This document shows, piece by piece, positions 29,312 to 38,761 of a stretch of 64,000 nt of DNA. The stretch lies in contig CANGKZ010000029.1 of the NCBI GenBank assembly GCA_947454705.1, forward strand, positions 488-64,487, written 5' to 3'. The position numbers were made by a program, and so were the translations under genes. Under the pieces are notes generated by a model. That model was not told where the DNA came from. It was given only the letters and a program-made list of their open reading frames with translations, and searched no databases. The first letter of the stretch is position 1. Every line of letters begins with the position of its first letter. The stretch is from Verrucomicrobiota bacterium. Its GTDB lineage: Bacteria; Verrucomicrobiota; Verrucomicrobiia; Limisphaerales; UBA9464.

Positions 29312-30745
29312 TTATTCCGTCTCTCCGGCGGCGGGTTTTCCCTTCACCGCCTGGAACATGGCCAGGCAGCGGTTGCGCTGCACCCCGTGGTCCACGATCG
29401 GACGCGGATACCCCGTTGATGCCGTCAGCACCGGATTCGACCACGGCTCGTGGATCAAATCCGCCGGCAGCGATCGCAATTCCGGAACCCACTCCCGGAC
29501 AAACTGTCCATCGGGATCAAATTTGAGCCCCTGCGTGGTCGGGTTGAAGATCCGGAAATACGGTGCCGCATCCGTTCCGCACCCCGCGCTCCATTGCCAT
29601 CCCCCGCTGTTCGCGGCGAGGTCCGCATCCAGCAGCCGGTGCATGAAATAACGCTCCCCGCGCTGCCACGAAATCAGCAGATCCTTGGTGAGGAACATCG
29701 CCACAATCATGCGCAGACGGTTGTGCATGATCCCGGTCGCGTTGAGGCAGCGCATCGCTGAATCCACGATGGGAAATCCGGTCCGTCCCGCGCACCACGC
29801 TTCGAACCACGCATCGGTCCCCTCCCACTTCAACGCCGCGTATTCCGGACGGAAGCACGAGGTCGCCACATGCGGAAAGCTCGCAAGGATCTGCGAGTAG
29901 AATTCGCGCCAGATCAATTCGGTCTCCCACACGATGCATCCGCGTTCCCCTCCCGGCGGCGCTTCTGCGCGTGCGGTCTGGAGACGCGACATCACCGTCC
30001 GAATTCCCACCGTGCCCCAATTGAGATGCGGCGACAGACGCGAGGTCCCGGTCGCTTCCGCAGGAAAATCCCGCGCCCGGTCGTATTGATACACCGGCCC
30101 CTTTAGGAATGCCTTCAACGCCTCCAGTGCGGCGTGTTCTCCAGCCGGAGGAATCGCGTGGGGACACGGATGCCCGAGGCTCGCGGAATCCCGCGGCACC
30201 GGTTCGCTGTGCACCGTTTGCGGAACCGGATTCACCGCACGTTTCAATTTTGAAACCGGGGCGGCGATCGGATGCGTGCGCCACGCTTTCGAGTACGGGG
30301 TGAACACGGTGTACGGCTTGCCCTGTCCGGTCAGCAGCTCCGAGCCATCGCGCACCACGCGGTCCTTGAACAGCTCGAATCCGATTCCGGCGGCGTAAAG
30401 AGCCGACGCCACCTTCCGATCCGTGGCTACCCAGCCGGGTTCGTATTCCCGATTGGCCAGGACGGCCGCCGCATCCACTTCGCGGGCGAGCTTGGGGAGC
30501 TCCTCGTGCGGCGAACCGTGTCGCACGATCAGCCGATGTCCCAGCGCCTCCAGATTGGCACGCAGGGACTCCAGCGATTTCAACCCGAAGGTGAGACTCG
30601 CCGCGCCGAGGTCCTCACGCGCCAGTTGCGCCGGATCCAGCACGTACACCGGCACGAGACGCTGACCGCGGGTCGCGGCCTCGTGGAGCGCGGTGTTGTC
30701 CGTGATTCGCAGGTCCCGACGGAACCAATGAAGGATGGTCTGCAT
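29312..30745 (-). CDS. phrB: Deoxyribodipyrimidine (CPD) photolyase
   Basis: WFRRDLRITDN, TSRLSPHL, ELIWREFY, GRTGFPIVD, MHNRLRM, DADLAANSGGWQW, RIFNP. Confidence 0.95.
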   Translation of the reverse strand: MQTILHWFRRDLRITDNTALHEAATRGQRLVPVYVLDPAQLAREDLGAASLTFGLKSLESLRANLEALGHRLIVRHGSPHEELPKLAREVDAAAVLANREYEPGWVATDRKVASALYAAGIGFELFKDRVVRDGSELLTGQGKPYTVFTPYSKAWRTHPIAAPVSKLKRAVNPVPQTVHSEPVPRDSASLGHPCPHAIPPAGEHAALEALKAFLKGPVYQYDRARDFPAEATGTSRLSPHLNWGTVGIRTVMSRLQTARAEAPPGGERGCIVWETELIWREFYSQILASFPHVATSCFRPEYAALKWEGTDAWFEAWCAGRTGFPIVDSAMRCLNATGIMHNRLRMIVAMFLTKDLLISWQRGERYFMHRLLDADLAANSGGWQWSAGCGTDAAPYFRIFNPTTQGLKFDPDGQFVREWVPELRSLPADLIHEPWSNPVLTASTGYPRPIVDHGVQRNRCLAMFQAVKGKPAAGETE

Positions 30746-30811
30746 GAATGCCCGACCATCGCATGGAACCGCGGGATTGCCAGCCGTCGGACCAAAATTG
30801 GAGTGCGGAAT

Positions 30812-31822
30812 TTACTTCCGATTTCCGCCCACCGGACCGATGTCCGCGGTGGTCACCCCAGGACTCTGGATCACCCGGCTAAAGCTCGGACACGTGACCG
30901 AGTATTCGAACCCGGTTCCCGTTCCCGCCGCGCCAAAGCGGCCCTTGCGATCGAGGGCAATGAAGTTGATCGAGAGATCGAATCCCTTCGGATCCAACCG
31001 CGCGATGCGACGAATCGTTTCCAGGCAGGCGTCCTGCGGATGCATGCCCTGGCGCATGAACTCCACCACCAGGAACGTGCCGCAATACCGCATCACGTTT
31101 TCACCCAGCCCGGTGGCCCCCGCTGCACCGACTTCGTTGTCCACGTACAATCCGCCGCCAATGATCGGGGAATCGCCCAGCCGCCCCGGAAGCTTGTAGC
31201 CCCAGCCGCTGGTGGAGCATCCGCCGAAGACGTCGCCCGACGGGGTCAGCGCAATCAGGGCGATGGTGTCGTGATTCTTCTCTGCGCGCTTTTGTTCCGC
31301 CTTCCAACGCTTCCACGCGGCGAATTGCCCCGGGGAAACTTTGGGACCTTTTTCAAATCCATGCTTGGCCGCAAAGGCCGCCGCACCATCGCCGACCAGC
31401 ATCACGTGCTTGGTCTTTTCCATCACCGCCCGGGCGACCGAGATGGGATGTCGGAACCCGCTCAACGCACCGACGCTGCCCGCGCGGTGGCCCGGACCAC
31501 TCATGATGCACGAGTCGAGCTGCACCACGCCGTCGGCGTTGGGAATGCCGGCCAGGCCCACGCTGGCGTTGTTCGGATCCGACTCCGTCACGCGGATCCC
31601 CGCCTCCACCGCGTCCAGCCCGCTGCCATTGGCCCGCAGCACTTCGAGCGCCTTTTCGTTCGCCGGTTTGCCGAACGGCCAGGTGGAAACAATGAGCGGA
31701 GCCGCACCCGTCAATTCCGCCACCGGCAGCATCGGAGCGCCGCTGGCGTTCTGGATCAAACGGCCGCCGACAAGGGCGGTGGCCGCACCGGAGAGAAATT
31801 TGCGACGGGGCATCTTTGACAT
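30812..31822 (-). CDS. N4-(beta-N-acetylglucosaminyl)-L-asparaginase (glycosylasparaginase, Ntn hydrolase), Tat-exported
   Basis: Twin-arginine PRRKFL signal, STW.FG, autoprocessing HDT, STSG...PGRLGDSP, ATG.GE. Confidence 0.88.
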   Translation of the reverse strand: MSKMPRRKFLSGAATALVGGRLIQNASGAPMLPVAELTGAAPLIVSTWPFGKPANEKALEVLRANGSGLDAVEAGIRVTESDPNNASVGLAGIPNADGVVQLDSCIMSGPGHRAGSVGALSGFRHPISVARAVMEKTKHVMLVGDGAAAFAAKHGFEKGPKVSPGQFAAWKRWKAEQKRAEKNHDTIALIALTPSGDVFGGCSTSGWGYKLPGRLGDSPIIGGGLYVDNEVGAAGATGLGENVMRYCGTFLVVEFMRQGMHPQDACLETIRRIARLDPKGFDLSINFIALDRKGRFGAAGTGTGFEYSVTCPSFSRVIQSPGVTTADIGPVGGNRK

Positions 31823-31881
31823 GCGCCAAGGGTGCCCCTCCGCGCCACGCTGGCAAGACGGACGATGCGTTCGGCTCGAAT

Positions 31882-32247
31882 TCAACCCACGAGCGGCCCG
31901 CGATACACGCAGCTCGAGTTGCAGGTCTCAGCCACGCGGATCTCCTTCAACAACGGCAGCGCCGGCTTCAATCGATCCCACACCCAGCCCGCCAGCACTT
32001 CGCTGGTGGGATTCTCCAGCCCCGGAATTGTGTTCAGATGATTGTGATCGAGCTGCTCGTACAGAGGACGGAAGGCGGCCTTGATGTCGGCATAATCCAT
32101 CACCCAGCCGAACTGCGGATCCACCGGTCCCTCCACGATCACTTCGATCTGAAAACTGTGGCCGTGCAGGCGCGCGCATTTGTGGCCCGCCGGCACGCGC
32201 GGAAGGCTGTGGGCGGCCTCGATTTGAAAAGTCTTTCTCAGTTCCAT
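31882..32247 (-). CDS. queD: 6-carboxy-5,6,7,8-tetrahydropterin synthase
   Basis: [30 protein letters not shown]. Confidence 0.93.
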   Translation of the reverse strand: MELRKTFQIEAAHSLPRVPAGHKCARLHGHSFQIEVIVEGPVDPQFGWVMDYADIKAAFRPLYEQLDHNHLNTIPGLENPTSEVLAGWVWDRLKPALPLLKEIRVAETCNSSCVYRGPLVG

Positions 32248-32259
32248 GGAATCAAAAGG

Positions 32260-33681
32260 TCAGGTTTCAAAATCGGTCCAGGTGACCAGGTCGCCCAGCG
32301 AGGGACGCCCGTCGTGACGCCACGACACCGGCGGCTCCTGCATACGGCCGATGGGACAAATCCGGGTCACGCCCCAATTCGCCAGCACCAGCGCGGCCTC
32401 GGCCGCGCGGCTTTCCGTGAGCGCCAGGCCCACCGTGCTCACCTTGCCGCGAACATTGTCGGAATAACGCAGCGCATCCCTGAGGTCCCGACACGGCTTC
32501 ACGGTGATGAAGCGATTGAGGCACGATGCGTGAAACCGGGGGTCGGCCTCGTACACCACGGTCCATGCGGTGGACTCCGGACTGCTCCACACGCGCGTGC
32601 CGTGGTCCGGCACCGGAAAGAACACCCCTCTCGGCGCGGTCACCGCTTCGTCGTGCGCCACCTTCGACCGCGCTTCGCGCATTTCATGCAGAGACCGACG
32701 TCCTGAAATCGCCGAGGCCGACTCGGCAGGCAATGCCCCGCGGGGATCCGCCGCCTCGCGGGCTTCCAAGGCCGATGCCAGCAGTTCGCCGAATCCCTCC
32801 GCCGACACCGCCCCGGTGTCCTCCACATAAATCACATGCGGCGAAAGGCACCCGAGTTGGTTCCACGCCGCGATGTCGTTCGCCGCCTTCTCCGCCACCT
32901 TGCGGGCACTGAACGACGACAGCATCTCCGCTCCAACAAAGCCAAAGCTCAACCGATGCCCATACGCGAGCAGGCGAGCAGATCCGGGCAATCGCGAGCG
33001 GATCGAGGCAATCGTCTCATCCGATCCGTGCACCGTGACGCATTCCGCCTCCGCAAACGCAGCGGCCTCCAGCTCCGGGGAACCGCCGAGCCACACCGCA
33101 ATCTCCAGACACGCCCCGAGCTTGGGCTCCAGATCCACCAGCGAATGCGCAAACAGGCGCGGAATCAGCGACCCGCGCGCGCTGCATTTCATCAACTGGG
33201 CTGAGCGTACCAACAATGAGGCGACCATCGACAGGATCGCCGGGTTCGGCAGCGTGCCGGCGGCGATGTTGAGAATCAGCTCGGGCCCGCGGGCGAGCGC
33301 CAGTCGGCCTTGGCGCAGTTCGCCCATCGGCCCGCAGAATTCATCCAATCGCCGCACATCCCCAAGATCCTGGGCCACCCATGCCCCGAGAGCTTCTGCG
33401 GTCAGCGACACAAACAAGCCGTCGAGTCCGCGTTCCAGCGTGGTTCGGCCGAATCCAGTTTCTGCCGGCCCCTGCTCCAGTGCGCGACGACGAAACGGGT
33501 TCGACGGATCCCGCCAACGCTCCGCCGCGTAGGCAATCCACTCGATCAAATCCTGCGTGCGGCGCGGCGCGAGCCATTGCGCACGGTTGCGTTTGATCGC
33601 GATGCACGCATCGCGGATCAGCGCCGGCGTGGTGGGCGCACCCGCGGGACGATCGGCCAGGAAGAGTTCAGGAAGGGACAT
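32260..33681 (-). CDS. luxC: LuxC-family acyl-CoA/acyl-protein reductase
   Basis: ALDH-like fold: IAAGTLP, KCS, HGSDETI, YGHRLSF, catalytic NQLGCLSPH, C-terminal RICPIGRMQEP...HDG. Confidence 0.85.
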   Translation of the reverse strand: MSLPELFLADRPAGAPTTPALIRDACIAIKRNRAQWLAPRRTQDLIEWIAYAAERWRDPSNPFRRRALEQGPAETGFGRTTLERGLDGLFVSLTAEALGAWVAQDLGDVRRLDEFCGPMGELRQGRLALARGPELILNIAAGTLPNPAILSMVASLLVRSAQLMKCSARGSLIPRLFAHSLVDLEPKLGACLEIAVWLGGSPELEAAAFAEAECVTVHGSDETIASIRSRLPGSARLLAYGHRLSFGFVGAEMLSSFSARKVAEKAANDIAAWNQLGCLSPHVIYVEDTGAVSAEGFGELLASALEAREAADPRGALPAESASAISGRRSLHEMREARSKVAHDEAVTAPRGVFFPVPDHGTRVWSSPESTAWTVVYEADPRFHASCLNRFITVKPCRDLRDALRYSDNVRGKVSTVGLALTESRAAEAALVLANWGVTRICPIGRMQEPPVSWRHDGRPSLGDLVTWTDFET

Positions 33682-33693
33682 GCGACTTCAGAT

Positions 33694-34941
33694 TCAATCG
33701 GCACGCGAAGGCATCGGGACTGCGGCCACGGCCGGTTGCGGATACTCCCCGCGATGCCGACGAAACCAGGCGAGCGGAATCAGTCCGAACAACGACACCG
33801 CCATCAACGCGGCCAGACCACCAAACACGAGTCGATACGCCCCGGCCTCGTGCGAGCTTCGTCCCATTTGGTCGACCCACGCTCCCGTGATCCAGTGGGA
33901 GAGATTTCCCCCCATGCCGCCCACGGTGATGAACAGCCCGAAGAAACGTCCGCGCGCTGCGTCGGGCACGCATTGCATGAGCTCGGCCTCAACGATCGGA
34001 TACGACGCCACAAACAACGCCCCGTAGAGCACGAAGGCCCACGGGATTCCCGCAACCGGAAGCCACGGAAACGCGGCAAACAAAACGGCCGAAATTCCCA
34101 CGAGGCCCATCATCCAGGGAAACCGGCGCTTGTCGCTCCAATGCCCAAACAGCGGATTGCTCACGGCCGATGCGATGAAAATGCAGCTCAGAATCATGCC
34201 CGCGCGACGCGGCGTCATGCCGTGAGCGGTCTGCAAAAACAGCGATCCCAGCGTCCCCAGGCTGTTGCCGGCGAAATCGCGGCAGCAGAACAAGAACGCG
34301 AGCACCGCAAACACCCACGCGAACGCCGCCCGCGGAAACAAAGGAATCGAGGGCACGGCCCGGTCCACCACCACCGCCGCCTCGCGGGCCAGCAGGGCAA
34401 ACACGCCGCTCATCACCACACCTGCCCCGCCCATGACCAAAATCGGAACACGCCAGCTTCCGAACGCCTCGGCCATCGTGCCCGACAGAAAAGGTCCCGA
34501 GAGAAATCCAATGCTGGCCCCAATCGCGATCAACCCCAACGCCTTCCCGGTCCGCGTGGGATTCAACCCGGCAACCAGCGCCGTGGCGGCCGGATGAAAG
34601 CAGCTACCGCCAAGCCCTGCGATGACCACCGAGGCCACCGCCCAGGAATAGCTCGTTGAAAGCCCCAAGCCGACAAACCCGAGTCCGTTGAAAAACAATC
34701 CCCAGGCCAGGAGTGCCTTGCGGCTCATGCGGTCGGCAAGCATTCCCACCGGATAACTCGGGAGGTAATAGGCCATCATCATCACCGTCATCAACCCCGT
34801 GGCCTGCTCCGTGGACCCGAGGCGTAGATCGTCACGAATCGGCAGGTAAAGCGGCAGCAGCGCCACCTGATACAAATGCGTGAAGGCATGCAAAATGCCG
34901 ACCAGCCAGAGGGTGCGGACGTTGTGGGGGGCGGGTTGCAC
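33694..34941 (-). CDS. MFS transporter
   Basis: About 12 TM, HAFTH N-terminus, motif A GMLADRMSRK, FHP. Confidence 0.9.
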   Translation of the reverse strand: MQPAPHNVRTLWLVGILHAFTHLYQVALLPLYLPIRDDLRLGSTEQATGLMTVMMMAYYLPSYPVGMLADRMSRKALLAWGLFFNGLGFVGLGLSTSYSWAVASVVIAGLGGSCFHPAATALVAGLNPTRTGKALGLIAIGASIGFLSGPFLSGTMAEAFGSWRVPILVMGGAGVVMSGVFALLAREAAVVVDRAVPSIPLFPRAAFAWVFAVLAFLFCCRDFAGNSLGTLGSLFLQTAHGMTPRRAGMILSCIFIASAVSNPLFGHWSDKRRFPWMMGLVGISAVLFAAFPWLPVAGIPWAFVLYGALFVASYPIVEAELMQCVPDAARGRFFGLFITVGGMGGNLSHWITGAWVDQMGRSSHEAGAYRLVFGGLAALMAVSLFGLIPLAWFRRHRGEYPQPAVAAVPMPSRAD

Positions 34942-34958
34942 GCGGGGGTTCGGTTGGG

Positions 34959-36122
34959 TCAGACCGACATCAGGGAACAGCCTCGGGCCTCTGCCGTGGG
35001 TCGGCGACCCAAAAGTTGAAAGTCACGTCCGCGGCGCACGGCGAGATCTTCGGTCTGCAAACACAGCACCGACGCCACGTTGGCCGTGTCGATCAACCGC
35101 AGGAGTCCGGTCTCCCCGTCCGAAACTTCACGGCCCGTCTCTGGAGAAATCACCATTCCCCGGGCCCACGGCGGAAGCTGCAGCACCCCTGCCCCGGTGT
35201 CATCGGACCACCGGGAATAGGCCTGCGAACTCAGCTCGCTCATTCCGTATTCCGTCAGGACATCGTGGGCCGGGATCCCCAAATACTTTCGAATCCCCTG
35301 GGCGAGCTCCGCGGCGGTGAGCACGCGGGAGCGTCCCTTGTAGCCGCCGGTCTCCATCACGCGCGATCCCGCCGGCAGCCGAAACTGTTTCCCGGCCGCT
35401 TCCAGCGCATCCATCAGGTGCACCACATTGAACGCCGTCCCAAGCAGGAACACAGGACGCTTCTCGGCCTGGGCACGCTCCAGCGCACCAATCAGCACTG
35501 CAGACTCCAACTCCCACTGGCCGTCCGCGCCCGCAATGCCCGCCGTGGCCGAGCCCGACGGAGCGAATCGATCCATCAGCCGCCCGATCATGTACGCGAG
35601 GGACGAATGCGGTGCGTTGGTCCGCGAGGGCACGAGCGAAATCCAACTCAACCGCAGGTTCACCGCGGAGTCCGTCCACCGGTCGAGCGCGTGATGCTGG
35701 AACCACGGTTCGAAGGAAGCCTCGTAGGCCTGAAGCGAAACCGAATCGTGGAAATGCCGGCTGGGCGTCTGCCCCGTGGTGCCACTCGATTGAAACCAGG
35801 TGGTGATGCCGTCTCCGCGCAGGCAGGTCACCGGCGATTCCTTGAACGCCGCCGCCGGAAGCCCCGGAACCTCCCGCCACGAGCGCAGCGACGACGGATC
35901 GATCCGCCGCGACACGCACCAGAATCGGTACACCGGATTGGCCTCGTACTGCAGCGCGAACAATTCGAGGACGAGCCTTTCGAATCGGGCGTCATCCGGG
36001 GCAAAGCCCTCGGCCACCCACTGCCCGATGCAGGTGCGGAGGCGTTCGAGATACGCAGAGATCCGGGCTTGGTGACCCGGCGTTCCCTCGCCAGGCGAGG
36101 ACGGTATGATGGATGAAGGCAT
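34959..36122 (-). CDS. luxE: LuxE-family acyl-protein synthetase (fatty acid--protein ligase)
   Basis: FALQYEANPVY, P-loop SSGTTG, ETGGYKGRS, EYGMSELSSQAY, TEDL, C-terminal GR...E.RGCS with the acylated Cys. Confidence 0.85.
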   Translation of the reverse strand: MPSSIIPSSPGEGTPGHQARISAYLERLRTCIGQWVAEGFAPDDARFERLVLELFALQYEANPVYRFWCVSRRIDPSSLRSWREVPGLPAAAFKESPVTCLRGDGITTWFQSSGTTGQTPSRHFHDSVSLQAYEASFEPWFQHHALDRWTDSAVNLRLSWISLVPSRTNAPHSSLAYMIGRLMDRFAPSGSATAGIAGADGQWELESAVLIGALERAQAEKRPVFLLGTAFNVVHLMDALEAAGKQFRLPAGSRVMETGGYKGRSRVLTAAELAQGIRKYLGIPAHDVLTEYGMSELSSQAYSRWSDDTGAGVLQLPPWARGMVISPETGREVSDGETGLLRLIDTANVASVLCLQTEDLAVRRGRDFQLLGRRPTAEARGCSLMSV

Positions 36123-36290
36123 GCGGTTTTGGGAGTGCCCGGACGATTCCGGAGCGGCCGACTGGTTTTCCGCGACAGTCGGAGCGCGGTATTTAGCGAT
36201 TTCGAAGCTCCGGCGCAAGCCATCGAACGGGACTCAAATTCCGACTCGCCGGTTGAAAACTCCTCGTCTCACGCGCACCTTCGCCTCGGC

Positions 36291-36644
36291 ATGAAATTCA
36301 TTCTGACCACTCACAACGTCACTCTGACCGACGCGATCGAGCAGCACGTTCTCGCGAAGCTCGAAAAATTGGAGCACATCGACCGATGGCTCCTCGACGC
36401 CCGCGTCTGTCTGGAGAAGGACCACACCCCGCGCACCCCGAGCAAGACCTTCAAGTGCTCGATCCGCCTCGGCATCCGGGGCAACGACCTCTTCGCCGAG
36501 GACAAGGAAGAGGATCTCTACGCGGCCATCGACCTCGTGACCAAGAAGCTCGAACAGCAGCTGCGCCACAAGCACAGCAAGGCCAAGGCGAAGAAGCACA
36601 AGGTCGCCGCCCGCCTGAAGGAAGCCCGTCGAAAGGACGCCTGA
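36291..36644 (+). CDS. hpf: Ribosome hibernation promoting factor (RaiA/HPF, short form)
   Basis: HNVTLTDAI..HV..KL.KL, EDLYAAIDL...KLE.QLR. Confidence 0.92.
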   Translation: MKFILTTHNVTLTDAIEQHVLAKLEKLEHIDRWLLDARVCLEKDHTPRTPSKTFKCSIRLGIRGNDLFAEDKEEDLYAAIDLVTKKLEQQLRHKHSKAKAKKHKVAARLKEARRKDA

Positions 36645-36647
36645 ACC

Positions 36648-37919
36648 GTGCTCCTGCGGTCCCGTATCGTAGTCCCAGTCACCGCGCCGCCCATGGAGGA
36701 CGGCGCGGTTCTGATTTCAGAGGGGCGCATTGTCGAAATCGGACGCTGGTCCGATCTGCGGCGCACCACGTCGGGTCCGGTCCATGACCTCGGCGACCAG
36801 GTGCTCATGCCCGGCTGGATCAACGCGCACTGCCACCTCGACTACACGCATCTCGCCGGCCAACTCCCGCCCACGCGGAACTTCCCCGAGTGGGTGAAAT
36901 CCATCCACGCCGCCAAGTCCGGCTGGGGATTCAGCGAGTTCGCCGTTTCGTGGCTGGAGGGTGCGCGGCAACTGATCGAGACCGGCACCACCACCGTCGC
37001 CAACATCGAGTCCGTTCCCGAGCTGCTGGGCCCCTGCCGCGCGTCCACGCCGCTCCGCGTCTGGTCCTTCCTCGAACTCACCTCGCTGCGTCCACGCCTC
37101 TCGCCGCCGGAGATTGTCCGCGAGGCGGTCGAGTTGCTGCGTTGGACCGGCCCCGGAAACGGAGGCCTCGGGCTCTCACCCCACGCGCCGTATTCCACCA
37201 CGCCCGACCTGCTCTCGTCCGTCGCCAAGGCTTCCCGCTCGGACGGCTGGCCAGTGACCATTCACGTGGCGGAATCGGACGCAGAATTCGAAATGTTCAT
37301 GTACCGCCGGGGCGCCATGTTCGACTGGCTGGCTTCGCAGCGTTGCATGGAAGACTGCGGCCTTGGCTCTCCGGTTCAGGCGCTCGATCGCGCCGGAATT
37401 CTTCGCCCGGGTTTGCTCGCCGTTCACGTCAACCGACTCTGGCATGACGACGCCCGCCTGCTCGGCGACCGCGGAGTCACCGTCGTCCACTGTCCCCAGA
37501 GCCACGCCTACTTTCATCATCCCCGCTTTCCGCGTCCCGAGCTGGAGGAAGCCCGCGTTCGAATCTGCCTCGGCACCGACAGTCTCGCCTCCACGCATCG
37601 CCCTCGCGGAATTCATCCAAGACTTTCGCTCTTCGACGAAGTGCGCGCGCTCCAGCAGACCGATGCGATGATCGATCCCGCCCACATTCTGGAAATGGTC
37701 ACGATCCACGGAGCGCACGCCCTCGGTCAGGCCGGAACTCTCGGCGAACTTTCCGTCGGCGCCGCGGCCGACTGCATCGCCGTTCCTTACCACGGCCCTA
37801 TCGAGCGGGCCGTCGAGTCCGTGCTTCAACATCAGGGCCCCGTTTCCGGAACCTGGATCGGCGGAGAACTCGTCTTCCAACACTGCCTACCGGAGCCCAT
37901 CGATTCCCCGAGCATTTGA
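36648..37919 (+). CDS. Amidohydrolase, MtaD/aminodeoxyfutalosine deaminase-like
   Basis: PGWINAHCHLD, SPHAPY, IHVAES, HCPQS, GTDSLAS. Confidence 0.85.
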   Translation: MLLRSRIVVPVTAPPMEDGAVLISEGRIVEIGRWSDLRRTTSGPVHDLGDQVLMPGWINAHCHLDYTHLAGQLPPTRNFPEWVKSIHAAKSGWGFSEFAVSWLEGARQLIETGTTTVANIESVPELLGPCRASTPLRVWSFLELTSLRPRLSPPEIVREAVELLRWTGPGNGGLGLSPHAPYSTTPDLLSSVAKASRSDGWPVTIHVAESDAEFEMFMYRRGAMFDWLASQRCMEDCGLGSPVQALDRAGILRPGLLAVHVNRLWHDDARLLGDRGVTVVHCPQSHAYFHHPRFPRPELEEARVRICLGTDSLASTHRPRGIHPRLSLFDEVRALQQTDAMIDPAHILEMVTIHGAHALGQAGTLGELSVGAAADCIAVPYHGPIERAVESVLQHQGPVSGTWIGGELVFQHCLPEPIDSPSI

Positions 37920-37932
37920 GCTCCACCCGCGC

Positions 37933-38664
37933 ATGAATGAATCCGGTTCCAACGCCCCGGTCGTCTTGATCACCGGTGCTGCGGGCGGTTTGGGACGCGC
38001 CTTCGTCGAGGCCTTCGCCGCTGCCGGATGGCGCGTCGCGGCGGCCTGCCGGTCTCTTCCCGCGGATCACGTATCGAGCGACTCCAATTCGATTTGGTGG
38101 TGCACGCTGGATGTCACCCGCCCCGACGAAATCACGGAACGCGTGTCCGAGCTTCAATCCCGTTGGGGACAAATCGATCTCCTCATCAACAACGCCGGCA
38201 TTTCCGAAGATGAAGTGCTCCCGCGGATGACCGAGGAATCCTGGCAGCGCGTGATGGATGTGAATCTCCGCGGAGCTTTCCTCTGCGCCCGGGCCGTGCT
38301 TCCAAAAATGGTCGAGCGCCGCGAGGGGCAGATCCTGAACATCGCCAGCTTCGGCGGTCGCGTGGGGCGGGCGGGAACAGCCAACTACAGTGCGTCAAAA
38401 GCTGGCCTGCTCGGACTGACCGTCGCCCTCGCCCGCGAGCACGGGCGCGACAACATCCGAGTCAACGCCCTTCTTCCCGGATTCCTCCGCACCAAGCTCG
38501 TCGGATCCCTTTCCGAGGCCGACCTCGCCGCCCACGCCGCGAGCAACACGTTGAATCGCTTGAACTCGACTGATGAGGTGGCCAGTTTCGCCACCCAACT
38601 GGCGACCCTGCGCAATGTCTCCGGGCAGATCTTCCAGTTGGACAGCCGCATCGGTCCGTGGTGA
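37933..38664 (+). CDS. Classical SDR oxidoreductase (FabG-like)
   Basis: TGAAGGLG, NNAG, YSASK, NIRVNALLPG. Confidence 0.9.
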   Translation: MNESGSNAPVVLITGAAGGLGRAFVEAFAAAGWRVAAACRSLPADHVSSDSNSIWWCTLDVTRPDEITERVSELQSRWGQIDLLINNAGISEDEVLPRMTEESWQRVMDVNLRGAFLCARAVLPKMVERREGQILNIASFGGRVGRAGTANYSASKAGLLGLTVALAREHGRDNIRVNALLPGFLRTKLVGSLSEADLAAHAASNTLNRLNSTDEVASFATQLATLRNVSGQIFQLDSRIGPW

Positions 38665-38761
38665 TGAACGCTTCCGGCTCCAACGTGCTGCAACGAATGC
38701 CCTTTGTCCGTCCCGGCGGCCGGTGCTAGTACAGGCGCCGATCCGCACCGGGTCCCAGAAC

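Noticed and set aside
14163-36122. A bioluminescence system (rib genes plus luxC/luxE plus photolyase)
   Set aside because: There is no luxA/luxB/luxD/luxG in the window. The riboflavin synthase has the catalytic MFTG start and sits with ribD, so it is not a lumazine protein. The rib genes are 16 kb from luxC.
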